The position numbers were made by a program, and so were the translations under genes. Under the pieces are notes generated by a model. It did no database searches and had not been told where the DNA came from. It saw only the letters and a program-made list of their open reading frames with translations. A DNA stretch of 64,000 bases from Felis catus. Its lineage: Eukaryota. This document shows positions 13,161 through 25,970 of this stretch, in pieces; positions within the stretch are counted from its first letter, which is position 1, and each line of letters opens with the position of its first letter. Location of the stretch: assembly GCF_018350175.1 (NCBI RefSeq), contig NC_058368.1, positions 231,386,001 through 231,450,000 on the forward strand. The letters run 5' to 3'.

Positions 13161-13394
13161 TTTGTTTGTTTGTTTGTTTTTTAGAGAGAGAGAGAGAGAG
13201 CACGAGAGAGAGCGAGAGAGAGCAGGAGTAGGGTAGATGGGCAGAGGGAGAGAGAGAGAGACGGAGAGAGTCTTAAGCAGGCTCCACACTCAGTGCAGAG
13301 CCCAATGCCGGGCTCAGTCCCACAACCCTAGGATTATGACCTGAGCCGAAATCAAGAGTTGGATGCTCAACCAACTGAGCCACCCAGGCGCCTC
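13161..13394 (-). mobile_element. Can-SINE
   Basis: Full body; TSD tgaattttcttg. Confidence 0.95.
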
Positions 13395-13466
13395 TGAATT
13401 TTCTTGCTTGTAGTTTCTTTCAATTTTAGTTTTATTGTGTTTGGCCAGAAGATATTGCCTATATAA

Positions 13467-13628
13467 TTTCTTTTCTTTCTTTCTATCCTTCTTTCCTTCC
13501 TTCTTTCTCTCTTTTCTTCCCTTTCTTTCTTCCCTCCTTCCTTCCTTCATTTCTTTCTTTCCTTCTTTCCTTCCTTCCTTCCTTCCTTCCTTCCTTCCTT
13601 CCTTCCTTCCTTCCTTTATTTCCTTTTT

Positions 13629-13672
<44 letters not shown>

Positions 13673-13724
13673 TCCTTCCTTCCTTCCTTCCTTCCTTCCT
13701 TCCTTCCTTCCTTCCTTCCTTCCT

Positions 13725-13789
<65 letters not shown>

Positions 13790-13797
13790 TTTTCTTA
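13467..13797. repeat. Compound (TTCC)n/(TTTC)n microsatellite, about 330 bp polypyrimidine tract
   Basis: Directly visible alternating TTCC and TTTC blocks. Confidence 0.98.
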
Positions 13798-14039
13798 CTG
13801 AGATGTTCTTTTATGGCCTAAAAGTGTGATCAGTTTTGTAAATGTTTGAAAGACATTGAAAAAAAATGCATAGTTTCTATAGAAAACAAAATGTGATACT
13901 GACTTTATTCGTTATATTATTTGACTCCCAATTCTTTATTTGCTTTATGTCCAGATAAGGATTGAGAGCTGAAGATAAAGCTATGGCTGGGTTTCTTGTT
14001 TCTTATATTTCTGACAGCTCTGGTCTGGCTTATTTTGGT

Positions 14040-14374
14040 GCTGAGTTGCTCACAAACATCCATGGGCGATGGAAGCATGGCCTGAACAGTACCTGCTCGC
14101 TCTGGCCAGTTCTGCTGCTGCTCAGGGAACTCACGCCATGAGGAGATACACGTGGCTCCATTTCCACTGTCGTCCTGCCGACAGTCTGCTGACCCTGGTT
14201 GCAGACCCCCATGGCTGATCACAAATCAGTAGTGAGCTCAGCTGAGACCATCGTGAGAGATGTCCAGCTGAGCCCAACCCAAGTTGCCGACCCATAGGCT
14301 AGTGAGCTAAAGAAATGGTCATTGCTTTAGGCTCCTAAGCCCTGGCATGGTCACCTGTGTAGCAGATACTAACA
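14040..14374 (+). mobile_element. MaLR (MLT1-type) LTR fragment
   Basis: 'ccagctgagcccaacccaagttgccgacccata...attgctttag...tgtgtagcagatactaaca' LTR 3' end. Confidence 0.7.
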
Positions 14375-14584
14375 TGTTCTTTGTGAATTTTGCCTTTTAT
14401 CAGTATCAACAAACACTCTTTGTCCAATGATAAACCTTCCCGTGTTTTGTGTTTTAATCATACTGCTTTGCTTTCTGTCTATATATCTTTGTGTGTATTT
14501 AAGGTATCCAATATGATTTGATCTACATATATACAGTGAAATGATTACTACAGTCAAGCTCATTATCATATCATGTCCTCACAT

Positions 14585-14588
<4 letters not shown>

Positions 14589-14626
<38 letters not shown>
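14589..14626. repeat. (TG)n microsatellite
   Basis: Directly visible. Confidence 0.98.
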
Positions 14627-14627
<1 letters not shown>

Positions 14628-14659
14628 TGAGTCAATCTGAAATCTACAGTGGATAGTTT

Positions 14660-14922
14660 CGGGAGCTGAGGGTCTCGGTCCAACGACCATAAATAAACTG
14701 AATTCTGACAACAGCCAGTGAGTTTGGGAGAAAATTCCAAGCTTGAGATGGAAATCACAGTCCTGGCTGACACCTTGGTTTAGTCTGATGTGACCCTGAG
14801 CAGAGGACCCAGCTAACCCGTGCCAAGACTCCTGACCCAGGGAAGTTAGGAGATAGTAAGTATGTGTGGTTTTGAGCAACTAAGTTTGTGGCATTTGTTA
14901 CACAGCAATAGAAAACAGTTAC
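14660..14922 (+). mobile_element. MaLR (MLT1D/E-like) LTR 3' part
   Basis: 'ctggctgacaccttg...gaccctgagcagaggacccagctaa...ctaagtttgtggcatttgttacacagcaatagaaaac'. Confidence 0.8.
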
Positions 14923-14934
14923 ACCTTTAGATTT

Positions 14935-15159
14935 CTTTTTTAAAAAATGTTTATTTATTTATTTTGAGAGAGAGAGGGAGGGAGAGAGAGAGAGTGCGAG
15001 CAGGGGAGGGGCAAAGGGAGAGGGAGAGAGAGAATCTCAAGCAGGCTCTATGCTAAGTGTGGAGCCTGACGTGGGGCTCTATCTCTTGACCATGAGATCA
15101 TGACGTGAAGTGAAATCAAGAGTCAGATGCTTAACTGACTGGGCCCCTGAGGTGCTCCC
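14935..15159 (-). mobile_element. Can-SINE
   Basis: Full body; TSD cacctttaKatttct. Confidence 0.93.
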
Positions 15160-16599
15160 ACCTTTATATTTCTAAATAATGTGATTATGTTGCTATTGAT
15201 GGAAGTATTAGTTTTAGGCATCACGTATGACTTCTTTCTCTGGTGGGTGAAGAGTTCATTCACTACACGCTTGACCTCCTCTATCTGTGCCCCATTAGAG
15301 TTAACAGTGGGCTGACCGGGCTACTTGGTTTCATCTTTGCCCCAAGGATGAGTCTTAACTGGGCTTTGTAGCTCAAGGCCTTCTCACTTTTATCTCTTAC
15401 CAGTTGGAGATGAGAAACAGTTCCATTTTCTAACCTGCAAAGCCTGGAATTTATGGCCTCTCCAAATGCTCTTTCAACCCTGCTTGTAAAATGGCCATTT
15501 CTCCTATGAGCTTATTTCTTTCTTATGGTGCCTTGTCAAGAACAGCCATTAGCAAATATCCAGTGTTACCAATATTCTGCTTTCCCACTTTGCTAAAACC
15601 ACAAATTCATTAGTTGCACTCTCAGCCTTCTAGGTTATCACAGGTGATCGTTTTATCAAACATGTCACCACTGCATAAAAAGCCTTTACTGTCAGTTTTC
15701 TCACCACCTGCCACTCTGCCCTAAGATAAGACCCAGGCACATATTTTGTGTATTATTATGGGAGCACCTCACTGCTGGTGTTAGTCTTTGAATCGTTCAG
15801 CTCTTTGACCATGACGACCAACACGAAACAAATCAAACAACCAAACTTGTGGCTTACAGTAACAAAGGTTTCTTTCTACTGAGATCGCTGTGGGCTGGCT
15901 GTGGGTCTCCTTCATTCCAGAATCCAGGCCAAAATGGTGGCCCCTCCCTGAGAGTAAAGTACATGGTGGTTTCAACTTTTGCTTGAAAAGGTCACATGTC
16001 ACTTCTGCTCACGTTTTATTGGCCAAAAAGTCATGTGGCCAAGCTTGTTATCAGTGGGTCAGGCATGTGTAATCCTCCCTCAGGGAGGGGCAAAAAGTAT
16101 CTGCTCCAGCACCATAGCCACCCTTAGTAGACAGGGAGGCGGTATTTGTAAGACACACGGTCAAGGAGTCATTAGTTTTTCGAGTATAAAAGGAGCAACT
16201 GTCAATCAACAAGAAAAAGGCAGGCGACCACTAGAACTATGGGCAAAGGGAATAAATAAGGAGTTCACAGAGGGGAAAGCTAATGTTTAGAAGCATATGG
16301 AGAGATGCTCAATCTCATTAGCAATCAGAGATATGCAAATTAAACCAACATATCCATGCAACTGTCACAAACTATGAAGTTGGAAAATATCAAGTATTGA
16401 CTTGAATGTGGGGAACTCTGTGTCCTGCTCATGAGAAGGTAGACTGGGGTAGCTATTTTGGTGAGTAATTTGGGAGGAACACGTGAAATGGCATAACGGA
16501 GGGAAATGAACGTATTCTGTATTTGAAAGATCTGTCTTTGTGAGATTATTGTTGCACAAATTCCGCCCCTCCTTCTTCATTCAGTACTTGAGTGGTGAG

Positions 16600-16730
16600 T
16601 AGTCCCATTCCACCAGAATGTAAGCTCTGAGAGGGTGGGACCATGTCTGATTTGCCCACCATTGCATCCCTAGACCCTGCACAGGGCTCAGCACAGAGGG
16701 ACACTCGTATATGTTTGGTAAATAAATGCA
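16600..16730 (+). mobile_element. L2 3' end
   Basis: 'agaatgtaagctctgagagggtgggaccatgtctg...gcacagggctcagcacagag...tatgtttggtaaataaatg'. Confidence 0.75.
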
Positions 16731-16837
16731 TGTTTTAAAAAATTCATTCAAATAAGAGAGTGACGTGCCTCGTCTATGGCAGGAAGATACGGATTTGCTA
16801 GTCTACACTTGTATTGCCCGAGTCCTTCTCTGGGAGC

Positions 16838-17215
16838 TGTTTTGGACTAAATTGTGATTCCCCTCCCTGCTCTTCCAGTTCATATGTTAAAGCCCTGATC
16901 CCCGATGGGGCTTTGGAGGAGGCAGGTAAGGTTAAATGAGGTTGTAAGGGTGAGGCCCTAATCTTTAGGGCTGGTGTCCTTATAAGAGGAAGAGAAGCAG
17001 TCTCAGTCTCCAGGCATGCACAGAGAAGAGACCGTGTGGGGGCACAGTGAGAAGGTGCCATATATAAGCCAGGAATAAAGGTCTCACTAGAAACCAGCCC
17101 TCAGGGCACCTTATTCTTGGACTCCTAGCTTCTGGAATTGTGAGAAAATAAGTTTCTATTGTTTAAGCCACCTATTATATGGCATTTTGTCATGACAGCC
17201 CAAGCAGGCTAATAT
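16838..17215 (+). mobile_element. MaLR (MLT1A/B-like) solo LTR
   Basis: 'tgttttggactaaattgtg...ttcatatgttaaagccct...ggtgtccttataagaggaag...gtttaagccacct...gcaggctaata'. Confidence 0.85.
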
Positions 17216-17754
17216 GGGATCCGATTTATCACCTGGTATAAACCTGCATCATTTGGTTTAATTTGCACTTCTGTATAGTGATTCATACAAGGGCAGAAAA
17301 ATACCAAGCTATTCAAGTCTCACCTATTGATCATAATTTGCTAAAATAGAAATGTATTTTGGGAAGCTTTCTATTTGAGGTGGATGGGAACTTTGATAAT
17401 ACAAAGTTCACCAAAGAACCTTAAGCAATAGTTTGAAGTGGTTAAATGATTTTAGGGTATGTGGTTCTTTATGGGCTGATAGGGAGTTTTCAGATCACCC
17501 ACTTTTTGTTGGTTTGAGGCATGGTATAGGAATTGGGTCATCACGTTATGAAAACCAGGTTCAGAATGGAAGATCCACCTGGATAGACCACCCCAAGATG
17601 CGTGAAGAGAACATAATAGGTTATACAGCCCATGGCTCTACCCATGTTTGAAGGCAACTTTACAATCTTTCAAGTGCTTTTGTAGACATGATTTCAGTTG
17701 ATCTTGCCAACATGCTAATAAGGTAATAAGGTAGGTGGGGCAGGTGGTATTGTC

Positions 17755-18185
17755 CGTGTACTGGTTAGCTTTTGCTGTATAACAATCCACTCTGAGTTAT
17801 TTATTCTCATGGGTGGCTCAACTAGGCGGCTTTGCTCATCTCAGTAGCATTTGCTCCTGGGGAGTGGGAGTGGCTTTGACTTGGCTGGAGAAACTTGGTT
17901 GGGACACTTGGCTGTGCTCCACTTGTCCCTCATCCTCGTCACGGGGCTTGCTCAGGCATGCCCTTCCCTTGGTGATGGCAGAAGCTTAAGAAAACAAGTG
18001 GAAGTGTTCAAGATCTCTTGGCATAGGCCCGGAACCAACAAACTCTTATTTCTGTTGTATTCTGTTGACCAGAGTCACATAGCTGAGTCTAGAGTCAGCA
18101 TTGGAGAGGATTACCAACTTATTTGGCAAAAGGTGGGGATACAAGAGGGGTAAAGAATCGGGCCATTAATATGTCAACTACCACA
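17755..18185 (-). mobile_element. Old MaLR (MLT1) LTR
   Basis: 'gttagcttttgctgtataacaatccac...ttattctcatggg...tctgttgaccagagtcacatagctgagtc...tcaactaccaca'. Confidence 0.65.
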
Positions 18186-18955
18186 CCCCACTTTACAAGT
18201 ACTGAAGCAAAGGCTTAGAGGTGAAGTGACTTCTTCAGGGTCTACAGCTCCTTGGTGGTCAGTCTAGGAAAAAATCCCTTCTTACCCATCCATCTCGTGT
18301 GTTCTCAAATGACAAATGTGACCCACAGGGGAACAGTGGGTTGGTTATAGTTCTGTTATGGTGCCTGGTGGCAGTGAGCACTTGAATAAATTCTCTGGAA
18401 AATAGATTCAATTTTTTAAAAAGCCTTGGCTGTCAAAATCTGATTTCCTGGTTGAATGAAATGGCTTTGTTGTTCAGATCCTTTGAGTCTAAATTTATTT
18501 TACATGAATTTACTTAAGAAATTGATTATAATTCCCTCTCCATTTGATGCTGCGGGGGGTATAATTGGAAGTTAAGAGAGAAAAGACAGAAACAGCTTTC
18601 AACTATTCACACACCACCTAAAATTTGCAGGAGGGTAAAAAATGTAGGAGACTTCAAGGCAACTAGGCGGCGTTAGCCTCTTTTGGGGTTTAACTAACCT
18701 GGGTCTTGTCTAACATCAATGCTCATTGGGAATTTTATCCATTTTGAAAAACAAACTCAAAGAATTTTGGCTACTTGTCACTCTTCCCTCCCCACCCCTT
18801 TACAGGCTTTTAGCACATGTTTCTCAAGGAGAAACTTGAGGCTGTGCACTGTCTTTGCTTCATGCCATTCAAGATGAATCCTGTCTGCCTCTCTCTGTGT
18901 CTCTTGCTGTCAGTGATGGAGGTACTGATACGGTCAAGTCTCCGTTTGTTGTCAG

Positions 18956-19069
18956 GTGTTTTTCACTCACTCAGATCCCATGAGAATCTCCTCGAAGAGG
19001 AATGTCTTTGGGGATTTGGGTCAAATCTTTGGCACCAAACGATCCTGGGCACACGAGATCTTGCCTGAG
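18956..19069 (+). other. Candidate exon (114 nt) of an unidentified transcript
   Basis: Acceptor 'ctccgtttgttgtcag|', donor 'gag|gtgagc'; unique sequence; open in frame 0 (VFFTHSDPMRISSKRNVFGDLGQIFGTKRSWAHEILPE); peptide not recognised. Confidence 0.3.
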
Positions 19070-20072
19070 GTGAGCACTCCATTTGTAGCTAAGAAGACAT
19101 TTGGAAATTGTAACTTCAAAGTGCATCTTAATTTTACTGAGGCTAGACCAGGCTGGAGGAAATGTCCAGTGATAAGGACATCTGTGACACTCAGATGTTT
19201 GGGGTTGAGGCCCCTGGGAGGGGTGGCTTTTTTATACAGGGCATCTCAGGACAGCAATGACAATGTTGTTGACTCCTGGACTGTGGGCCTCCATGTTGTG
19301 TTGGAGAAACGAGTTCTTTTACCAGTCAAAGTTCTTTTGTACCAACCATGGCCCATCATCAACATTTGGTTCTAGCGGCCTGCGGTTCTGCTTGTCCATT
19401 TCTACATGGTGTTTATGTTGCCACCGGCTACTCTAGTAAGCTCACCATGGATATGAATGCATGTAGTGGGGGTGATGGGTGATGGTGTTGTGGCACAAGT
19501 TTGCCCTTGGCAGCTTGAGTTCTGAGCTGCTTTCTTATCCTGTCTTCACTCCTTATTCTCTTCTGTTTCCGACCCTACCCTCTCCAGGTAGAGGAGCTTT
19601 CGATCTGGTTTCTGTTCTTTCCCCTGGGCTAAATGCTTAGCCCGTTTTCCTGACCATGACCTCGCCCCCTCTTGATAATGACTCTGACCACCCATCCTTA
19701 TCTCTGACGCCTTTAGCTTCCTTGCATGCACACCTTCACCTCAGCCAGCCAGGGGACCCTCCTGATCCAAGGGAGGTGTTCTCACAAGACCCGACTGTGC
19801 TCAGGTCTGGTGAGGGTTAACTGGATTCTTCTGATCTCTCTTGTGTCCAAACAGTGTTCTCGTCCAGGAGCCTGTAACTCCAGCTTTCTTTATTCCATCT
19901 CAGATACCCCTTTGCATCCTTGCTTTGCACATACGCCCATTGTCTGCGCTCCTGGTGTCCCGAACATCTGTTCCACGGAACCTACCACACTGTTTTGTAG
20001 TTGTGTGTCTTTACCCCAGATGTAAGCTGTGTAATAGTAACAGCTCTCACTCAGCAAATGTTCTTAGCGGAC

Positions 20073-20400
20073 TGTGATGGCTGATTTTATGTGTCCACCT
20101 GACTGGGCCTTGGTACCCAGGTACTTGATCAAACACGGCTGGATGTTGCTGTGAAGGTACTTTTTAGATGAGAGGAACATTTAAATCAGGAGGCCTTGCG
20201 TAAAGCAAGCGATGTTCCATGACTTCCATAATGCAGGTGGGCCTCATACAGTCAGGCTCCAGAGAAGGCCTGTCAGCCTACCCTGCAGATTTTGGACTTA
20301 GCAGCTCCCATAATTCTGTGAGCCAATTCCTTGAAATAAAACATTTGCTCCCCCCAGCCCACACCCTATTACTTATGTTTCTTTGGGGGATGCTGACTGA
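20073..20400 (+). mobile_element. MLT2 (ERVL) LTR
   Basis: 'tgtgatggctgattttatgtgtccacctgactgggcc...ggatgttgctgtgaaggta...gtgagccaattccttgaaataaa'. Confidence 0.85.
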
Positions 20401-21901
20401 GGGCGGATATATATTATCTCATTTAATACTGACGGCAGCCTTTTTAGGTGAGTGTTGTTATTCCCATTTGAAAAGTGGATAAAGAGAGTCATGGAAAAGC
20501 CAAGGAACTCGCACAAGACCACACAGCCAGTAAGCAGCAGAGATGGGAATCAGACTGGCGCTTGCTCCGTGCTAAAGCCGGTGACCTCACATGACTGCTT
20601 CCCTCTGCCTTGGAATCTTCGTGGCTTCTCCAGTGCCTGCCACTGAGTAGGAGCCTGGTAAATATGTAAGCAGATGAGTGAAGCCACAGACTTTGCTGTA
20701 TTTTGTTACCTCTTTCTCTTACAGACAACCAAAAGAATTTGCAGGTACTATGTAGTACCCGGGACTTTGTAGTCTATACAGATCTGTAAAATCTCCATCT
20801 CCAGATCGTTGTGTCTTCCTCTAGATAAAAATGCGGTAAGAAGTCGGTTGGAGAAGTCACGTGTTATCCTTCGGCTGTGATTTGTTAGCATGCTTCATGA
20901 CTGTCTTTAGGATCCCGGCGAGGATTTTCTAGTGCCTTCCATCCCAGCTGTGGTGGATACGGTGGACTGGCCCCCACCGTCTCCTCCGGCTTCCTTCTGG
21001 AACGCACCTTCCAGGACTATAGCCTAGAAGGCTGAAGACCACATCCCCAGCCTCCCTACAAGCTCTGGCTGTGAACGTGAGTTGGGTTCTCGCCCTCAGA
21101 GCCTGCTCACCGAGGCTTGGGAGGCGCGAGGTGCCCGTGCAGAGGGCCCTCCTGCTGCTGCTTTGGTGTTGCTGCTGTCGGGGAGGGTCACGTGACGGGG
21201 TTTGCTGCAGGGGTGTTTCCGGTGCTTTCCTGGCCTCACAGGCCTGGCGACTTCCCGGTGGTGCCGGCAGCTGGCTCACTGTTCCGTCGTCACTTGTTCT
21301 GAAGGTGGGGGACCTCAGTGTGGCAGCCTGTGCCCCTTGCTCGGAGCAAGAGGGGACAGAGCTCCCCGTGGCCAGGTGAGGTGTCCCAGGGCAGACCTTC
21401 AGCCCCATCGCCATCCGCGGCAGAGGTAGGGGCTCCCATAGGGGCCAGTTGGGCATCTCGTTGTGAGCCTTATTCCTGATGGCCCAGCTCCACCTTCCAA
21501 CCCTTCTGACGACTTTATAGGAACCTAGTTCCCTGTATGAAGTCGTGTTCTGCTTAAAATAGCTCGAGTGGTTTCTGTTGCCTGTAAATGAGTGTTGCCT
21601 GATGTGGCAGCCTTAGCGGCTCTAGAAATGTGTCGTTGGGCCGTTTATTGGCTCATTAGCGGGTTTTCCACTTTTAGCTTCAACGTGCAGCCGAAGCCTG
21701 TGTGGTTACCTGCCACGTTCATTGGAAAGAGGTGGGAACGGAAGGGAGTCCGTGGAGAGAACTTTTACCAGAGTGACCTGAATCTGAATGACCTTATCAG
21801 AGAGAAGACTGTCCCGTGTCCCTTCTGGGGGCATTTTCTCTGGCTCTTACTGCCATTGATTCCGTCTGTATTGAAGTCTTCTCTTCCCTTTATTGCTCCC
21901 C

Positions 21902-22096
21902 TTTTTGAACGTTTATTTTATTATTTTTGAGCAGGGGGGCGGGGAAGAATGCAAGAGGGAGAGGGGCAGAGAGAGCAAGGGAGAGGGGGACAGAGGATCC
22001 CAAACAGGCTCCCTGAAAGCAGCCAGCCTGCTGTGGGGCTCGAACTCACGAACCTCAAGATCATGCCCTCAACCGACTGAGCCACCCGGGTGCCCC
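21902..22096 (-). mobile_element. Can-SINE (diverged)
   Basis: 'tttatttt...ggggctcgaactcacgaac...ccgactgagccacccgggtgcccc'. Confidence 0.9.
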
Positions 22097-23178
22097 TCTG
22101 TTGCCCCTTTTAATCCCTGAATGTCCACGTTTTCTTTTAAGCGAGTTAATCGGGAGCTCACTGCTACATAAATATTTCTACATAAACCCGCCATTGCTTA
22201 CTTCTGGGTACAGAAAAATTGTCCCAATGCCCAAATCATGTATTTCTGTCTTGTGCCATTTCATCCCAGGCCAGTGTAAATGGTGTTTTGCCAATTTTAC
22301 TGTGGTCACTTGTCAATTAAAGAAGTAGAACAATTATTTTGGGATTAAAAAATCATGTCCTAAGGTTATACTCAGAACTGTGGAATTTTAGCTCCTGTAG
22401 GGACCTTGGTCATCATGTGGAGTCTCTCTTTCTTTTCACTTTGAAGATGAATCAACTGAGGGCCAGAGAGATGTATAGGGAAGTTCTCCCCATGCTCACA
22501 GGCTAACTGTTGGCAGAACTGGGCTCAGAACATGGGGTTACAATGTTGGGGAGTGTTCGGCCCACCACATCGTGTGGCTGGACTCATAAACAAGGCTTTG
22601 GTTTAAACTGTTTATTGTGTATTTGAGCATGGGCACATAGCAAGGGAAAGATGCCCCCCAATATTTTGTTTTATTACCTGTTTTTGCTACATGTCCATGT
22701 GTTAATTGAGATACCTTTCAAATCATAGGAAGTGGCTTTCGGGGGTTCTTTTTAAGCAGGACTGCTACAACGCTAAACTCAAATTTAGTACATGAACATT
22801 TGCTAAATATTTAAAATAAATGGTTAATTTTTAACCATCGAGTTTTTGGCTATTAATTATCATCATTATTTATTTAAAGAGCAATGGCGGCATCTAGTTC
22901 GTTTAAGGGAAATCAAATGTCATTATTAATAACAGGTCAAGGGCAAGTTGGCTCCATTTTCTCTGATTACATGCTGAATGTGCCAGAAGGTATGTAGAGC
23001 TGTGTTATCCAGAGAAAGTAGCATTTCAAGGGGGTGACCGCTGAACCCATAGCAAGCCATCCATGGTCCAGTTGACTTTGTTGAATTTTTAGAAGATGAG
23101 AATGTAATGAATTCCAGATGGGGAGATTATTAGTTCTTAAATGTTTTAAATCTTCTTTACAGAGTTGTAAAGCCACAC

Positions 23179-23665
23179 TGTCAGGGTTCTTCGGAGAACC
23201 AGAACCAATAATAGGAGATTATCCATCTATCTATTTATCTATCTATCTACCTGAAGAGGTTTATTATAAGAAATTGGCTCCTGAGATTATGGAGGCTGAT
23301 GAGTTCCTAGATCTGCAGCCAGCAAGCTGGGGTCCCAGGAGACCTGTGGTGTGGTCCTAGTCTGGCATGTTTGAGACCCAAAGGGAGAGTATATTTTAGA
23401 CTGATATCTTAGCTTGAAAGTAGTCAAGCAGGAAAAGTTTCCCTTCTTTGAGGAGGGTCAGCCTTTTTGTTCTCTTCAGGCCTTCCACTGATGGGATGAG
23501 ACCCCTTCAGAGTAAGAAGGGCAATCTTCTTTAGTCAGTCCTACCATATCAAATGTTAATTTCATTCAGTAACATCCTCACAGACACATCCAGAATGATG
23601 TTTGGCCCAATGTCTGGATACCCTGTAGCTCATTCAAGCTGACGCATGGAATTAACCATCGTACG
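23179..23665 (-). mobile_element. MLT2 (ERVL) LTR
   Basis: 'gtcagggttcttcggagaaccagaaccaata...tttattataagaaattggctc...ggaggctgatgagttcc...aattaaccatc'. Confidence 0.85.
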
Positions 23666-24007
23666 CGCCATATACGATTGAGAGTTCAGTAAAGGCTTTC
23701 TGAGAAAGCTGAATTTGCCAATGTTGAAATGTTTGGGCAGGCAGGAGAATGTTAGGATGGAGTGTCAGAATCCCACCTGCTAATAAGAATGATGGTCTTG
23801 GCTTTCTACTTCTTTCCACTGATGGATACACGTGCCAATTCCATGTGTTACATGAAGTCCTGGGTAAGGTGCTGCAGGGGACGGCAGAGGACAGGGCCCT
23901 GCTCCCAAAAAGTTTTTAGTCCTTGGGGTGGCAAGACTAATACACATGACTCAGACAAAGAACAATTAACAAGTGGCAGCGAAGGTGCTTTGAGAAGGGA
24001 GAGAGGC

Positions 24008-24176
24008 CAGCGTGGTTCTCAGATCTCATGCTTCAATGTCTGGGGACATTAGTGATTGTCACAAGTGGGTAGGGGTGCTACGGCTGTTTAAGGATGCTGT
24101 TAGACATCCTACAATGCACAGCAAAGCCCTCCGTAACAAAGAATTGTCAGCAGCACCAAGTCAGAGAAACCCTGGT
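24008..24176. mobile_element. MER20-like hAT-Charlie element
   Basis: 'gtggttctca...aatgtctggggacatt...ttgtcacaa...ggatgctgttagacatcctacaatgcacag...gagaaaccctg'. Confidence 0.75.
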
Positions 24177-24229
24177 GTAGGCTGGAGCACCAAGGTTGGG
24201 CTTTATGGAGCGAGTGAGATTTAATTTAC

Positions 24230-25500
24230 TTTTCGACTCATTCATTCTCATAATCGTTGAATGTTTGTCTAGTGCCTACCATTCTCCGATGTCTGTTTTG
24301 TCTTGAGGCTGTGGGAGGGAACCGTCAGAGTAGTTCTATGGACATGGGTCTTACAGGTTCATGGGAAAAAGGAAAATTTAGAAAAAAAATCAAAATAAAG
24401 TGCAATGATTATGTGGGTGGGTGCAGGGTGCCAAGAGGACACATCTTCGTCTTCCTCAGAAGGTCAGGAAAATCCTGCCAAAGGGAAGTAGGCTTTAAAA
24501 TACAACGTTGGAGGGGCGCCTGGGTGGCTCAGTCGGTTAAGCGTCCGGCTTCGGCCCAGGTCATGATCTCACGGTTCGTGAGTTGGAGCCCCGCATCGGG
24601 CTCTGTGCTGACAGCTCGGAGCCTGGAGCCTGCTTCGGATTCTGTGTCTCCCTCTCTCTCTGCCCCTCCCCAGCTCATGCTTGCACTCTGTCTCTGTCAA
24701 AAATAAATAAACTTAATAAAAAAAATTAAAAAAAAAATACAACTTGGAGGGAGCTGGCCACACAAATGAGATGGGAGTGGGTATGGAGGGCAGGGAGAGG
24801 GGCACTCTTTGAAGCCCACAGAGCAACTTACGTACGAGCTGGGAGGTGAGGGAGAGGGTGGTACGTACAAAGAGAAGAACAGAGAAGTGAGGCTCGAGAG
24901 GAGGCAGAGCCTGCGTCTGGGGGCACCTTGAGTCAGGCCAGGAATTCGGGTTTCGTCCTAGAGACAGTAGAAAATATTTGTCTTTTAAAGTTTTAAGGCA
25001 GCGGGGTGCCAGGGTCAGATTTCAGTTCTGGAAACTTCGCTCTCCACTGCAGTGCGGAGATGAGAGGTGAGGAGGGCAAGGGCGCCATCAAGGCTGGTGC
25101 GGAGCAAGGCAGGGTGTGGGCTCATAGGGTGGGCATGGCAAAAGCAGACAGACTTGACGGCTGCTGAGGAGGGAGGAGAAAGGGCACTTAGTAGAAAGCG
25201 AGAGAAGGGAATCACGGAAGGCATCGGCATGTTTGGTTGAGACAAGTGGGTGTTTTGGGGTGCCATTTCTAGGGTGCAGCGGGAAGGGTGCACACTCCTT
25301 TGGTAGTAGTTGGAGTCATGTGAGTTGCAACGTGGAATGATACTGAGTTCAGTTTTGGATACACGGAGTTTGAGCTTTTAGAGAGGTATTCCATTAGATG
25401 CGCCAGTTAGTTCTGAGAGCTCTGGGCCGGAGACGAGCATCTGAGAATCGTATGGTTGATGAGAGTGTAGAGTGAGAACAGGAGAAAAGTGCTCTTAGAA
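24230..25500 (-). mobile_element. L2 fragments, interrupted by a SINE
   Basis: 'tcattcattc...ttgaatgtttg..tagtgcc', 'tgagttcagttttgga', purine-rich L2-like body. Confidence 0.6.
24513..24737 (+). mobile_element. Can-SINE
   Basis: 'ggggcgcctgggtggctcagtcggttaagcgtcc'; TSD aaaatacaac(g)ttgga. Confidence 0.97.
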
Positions 25501-25513
25501 ATGGCAACATTTA

Positions 25514-25733
25514 GGGGCGCCTGGGTGGCTCAGTCGGTTGAGCATCCAGCTGTATCAGTTTCGGCTCAGGTCATGATTTCCCAGTTTGTGGGTTCGAGCC
25601 CCGCGTCGGGCTCTGTGCTGACAGCTCGGAGCCTGGAACCTGCTTCGGATTCTGTGTCTCCCTCTCTCTCTGCCCCTTCCCTGCTCGTTCTCTCTCTCTC
25701 TCTCAAAATAAACTAAAAAAAAAAAAAAAAAAA
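25514..25733 (+). mobile_element. Can-SINE, left member of a tail-to-tail pair
   Basis: Full body with pure A tail; TSD gaaatggcaacattta at 25498-25513 and 25734-25749. Confidence 0.97.
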
Positions 25734-25750
25734 GAAATGGCAACATTTAA

Positions 25751-25970
25751 AAAAAATTTTTTTTTTCAACATTTATTTATTTTTTGGGACAGAGAGAGAC
25801 AGAGCATGAACGGGGGAGGGGCAGAGAGAGAGGGAGACACAGAATCGGAAACAGGCTCCAGGCTCTGAGCCATCAGCCCAGAGCCCGACGCGGGGCTCGA
25901 ACTCACGGACCGCGAGATCGTGACCTGGCTGAAGTCGGACGCTTAACCAACTGCGCCACCCAGGCGCCCC
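25751..25970 (-). mobile_element. Can-SINE, young Felis-type, right member of the pair
   Basis: Full body; TSD aaatggcaacatttaa at 25735-25750 and 25972-25987. Confidence 0.97.

Larger units (their letters stand above)
7200..13950 (-). mobile_element. Patchwork of highly diverged L1M fragments interrupted by younger repeats
   Basis: T-rich antisense L1-like phrases such as 'tttctagttttattgcattgtg', 'ttgaaggacag', 'ttttgcatctgttgaga', 'attttgcatctata'; no open frame. Confidence 0.5.
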
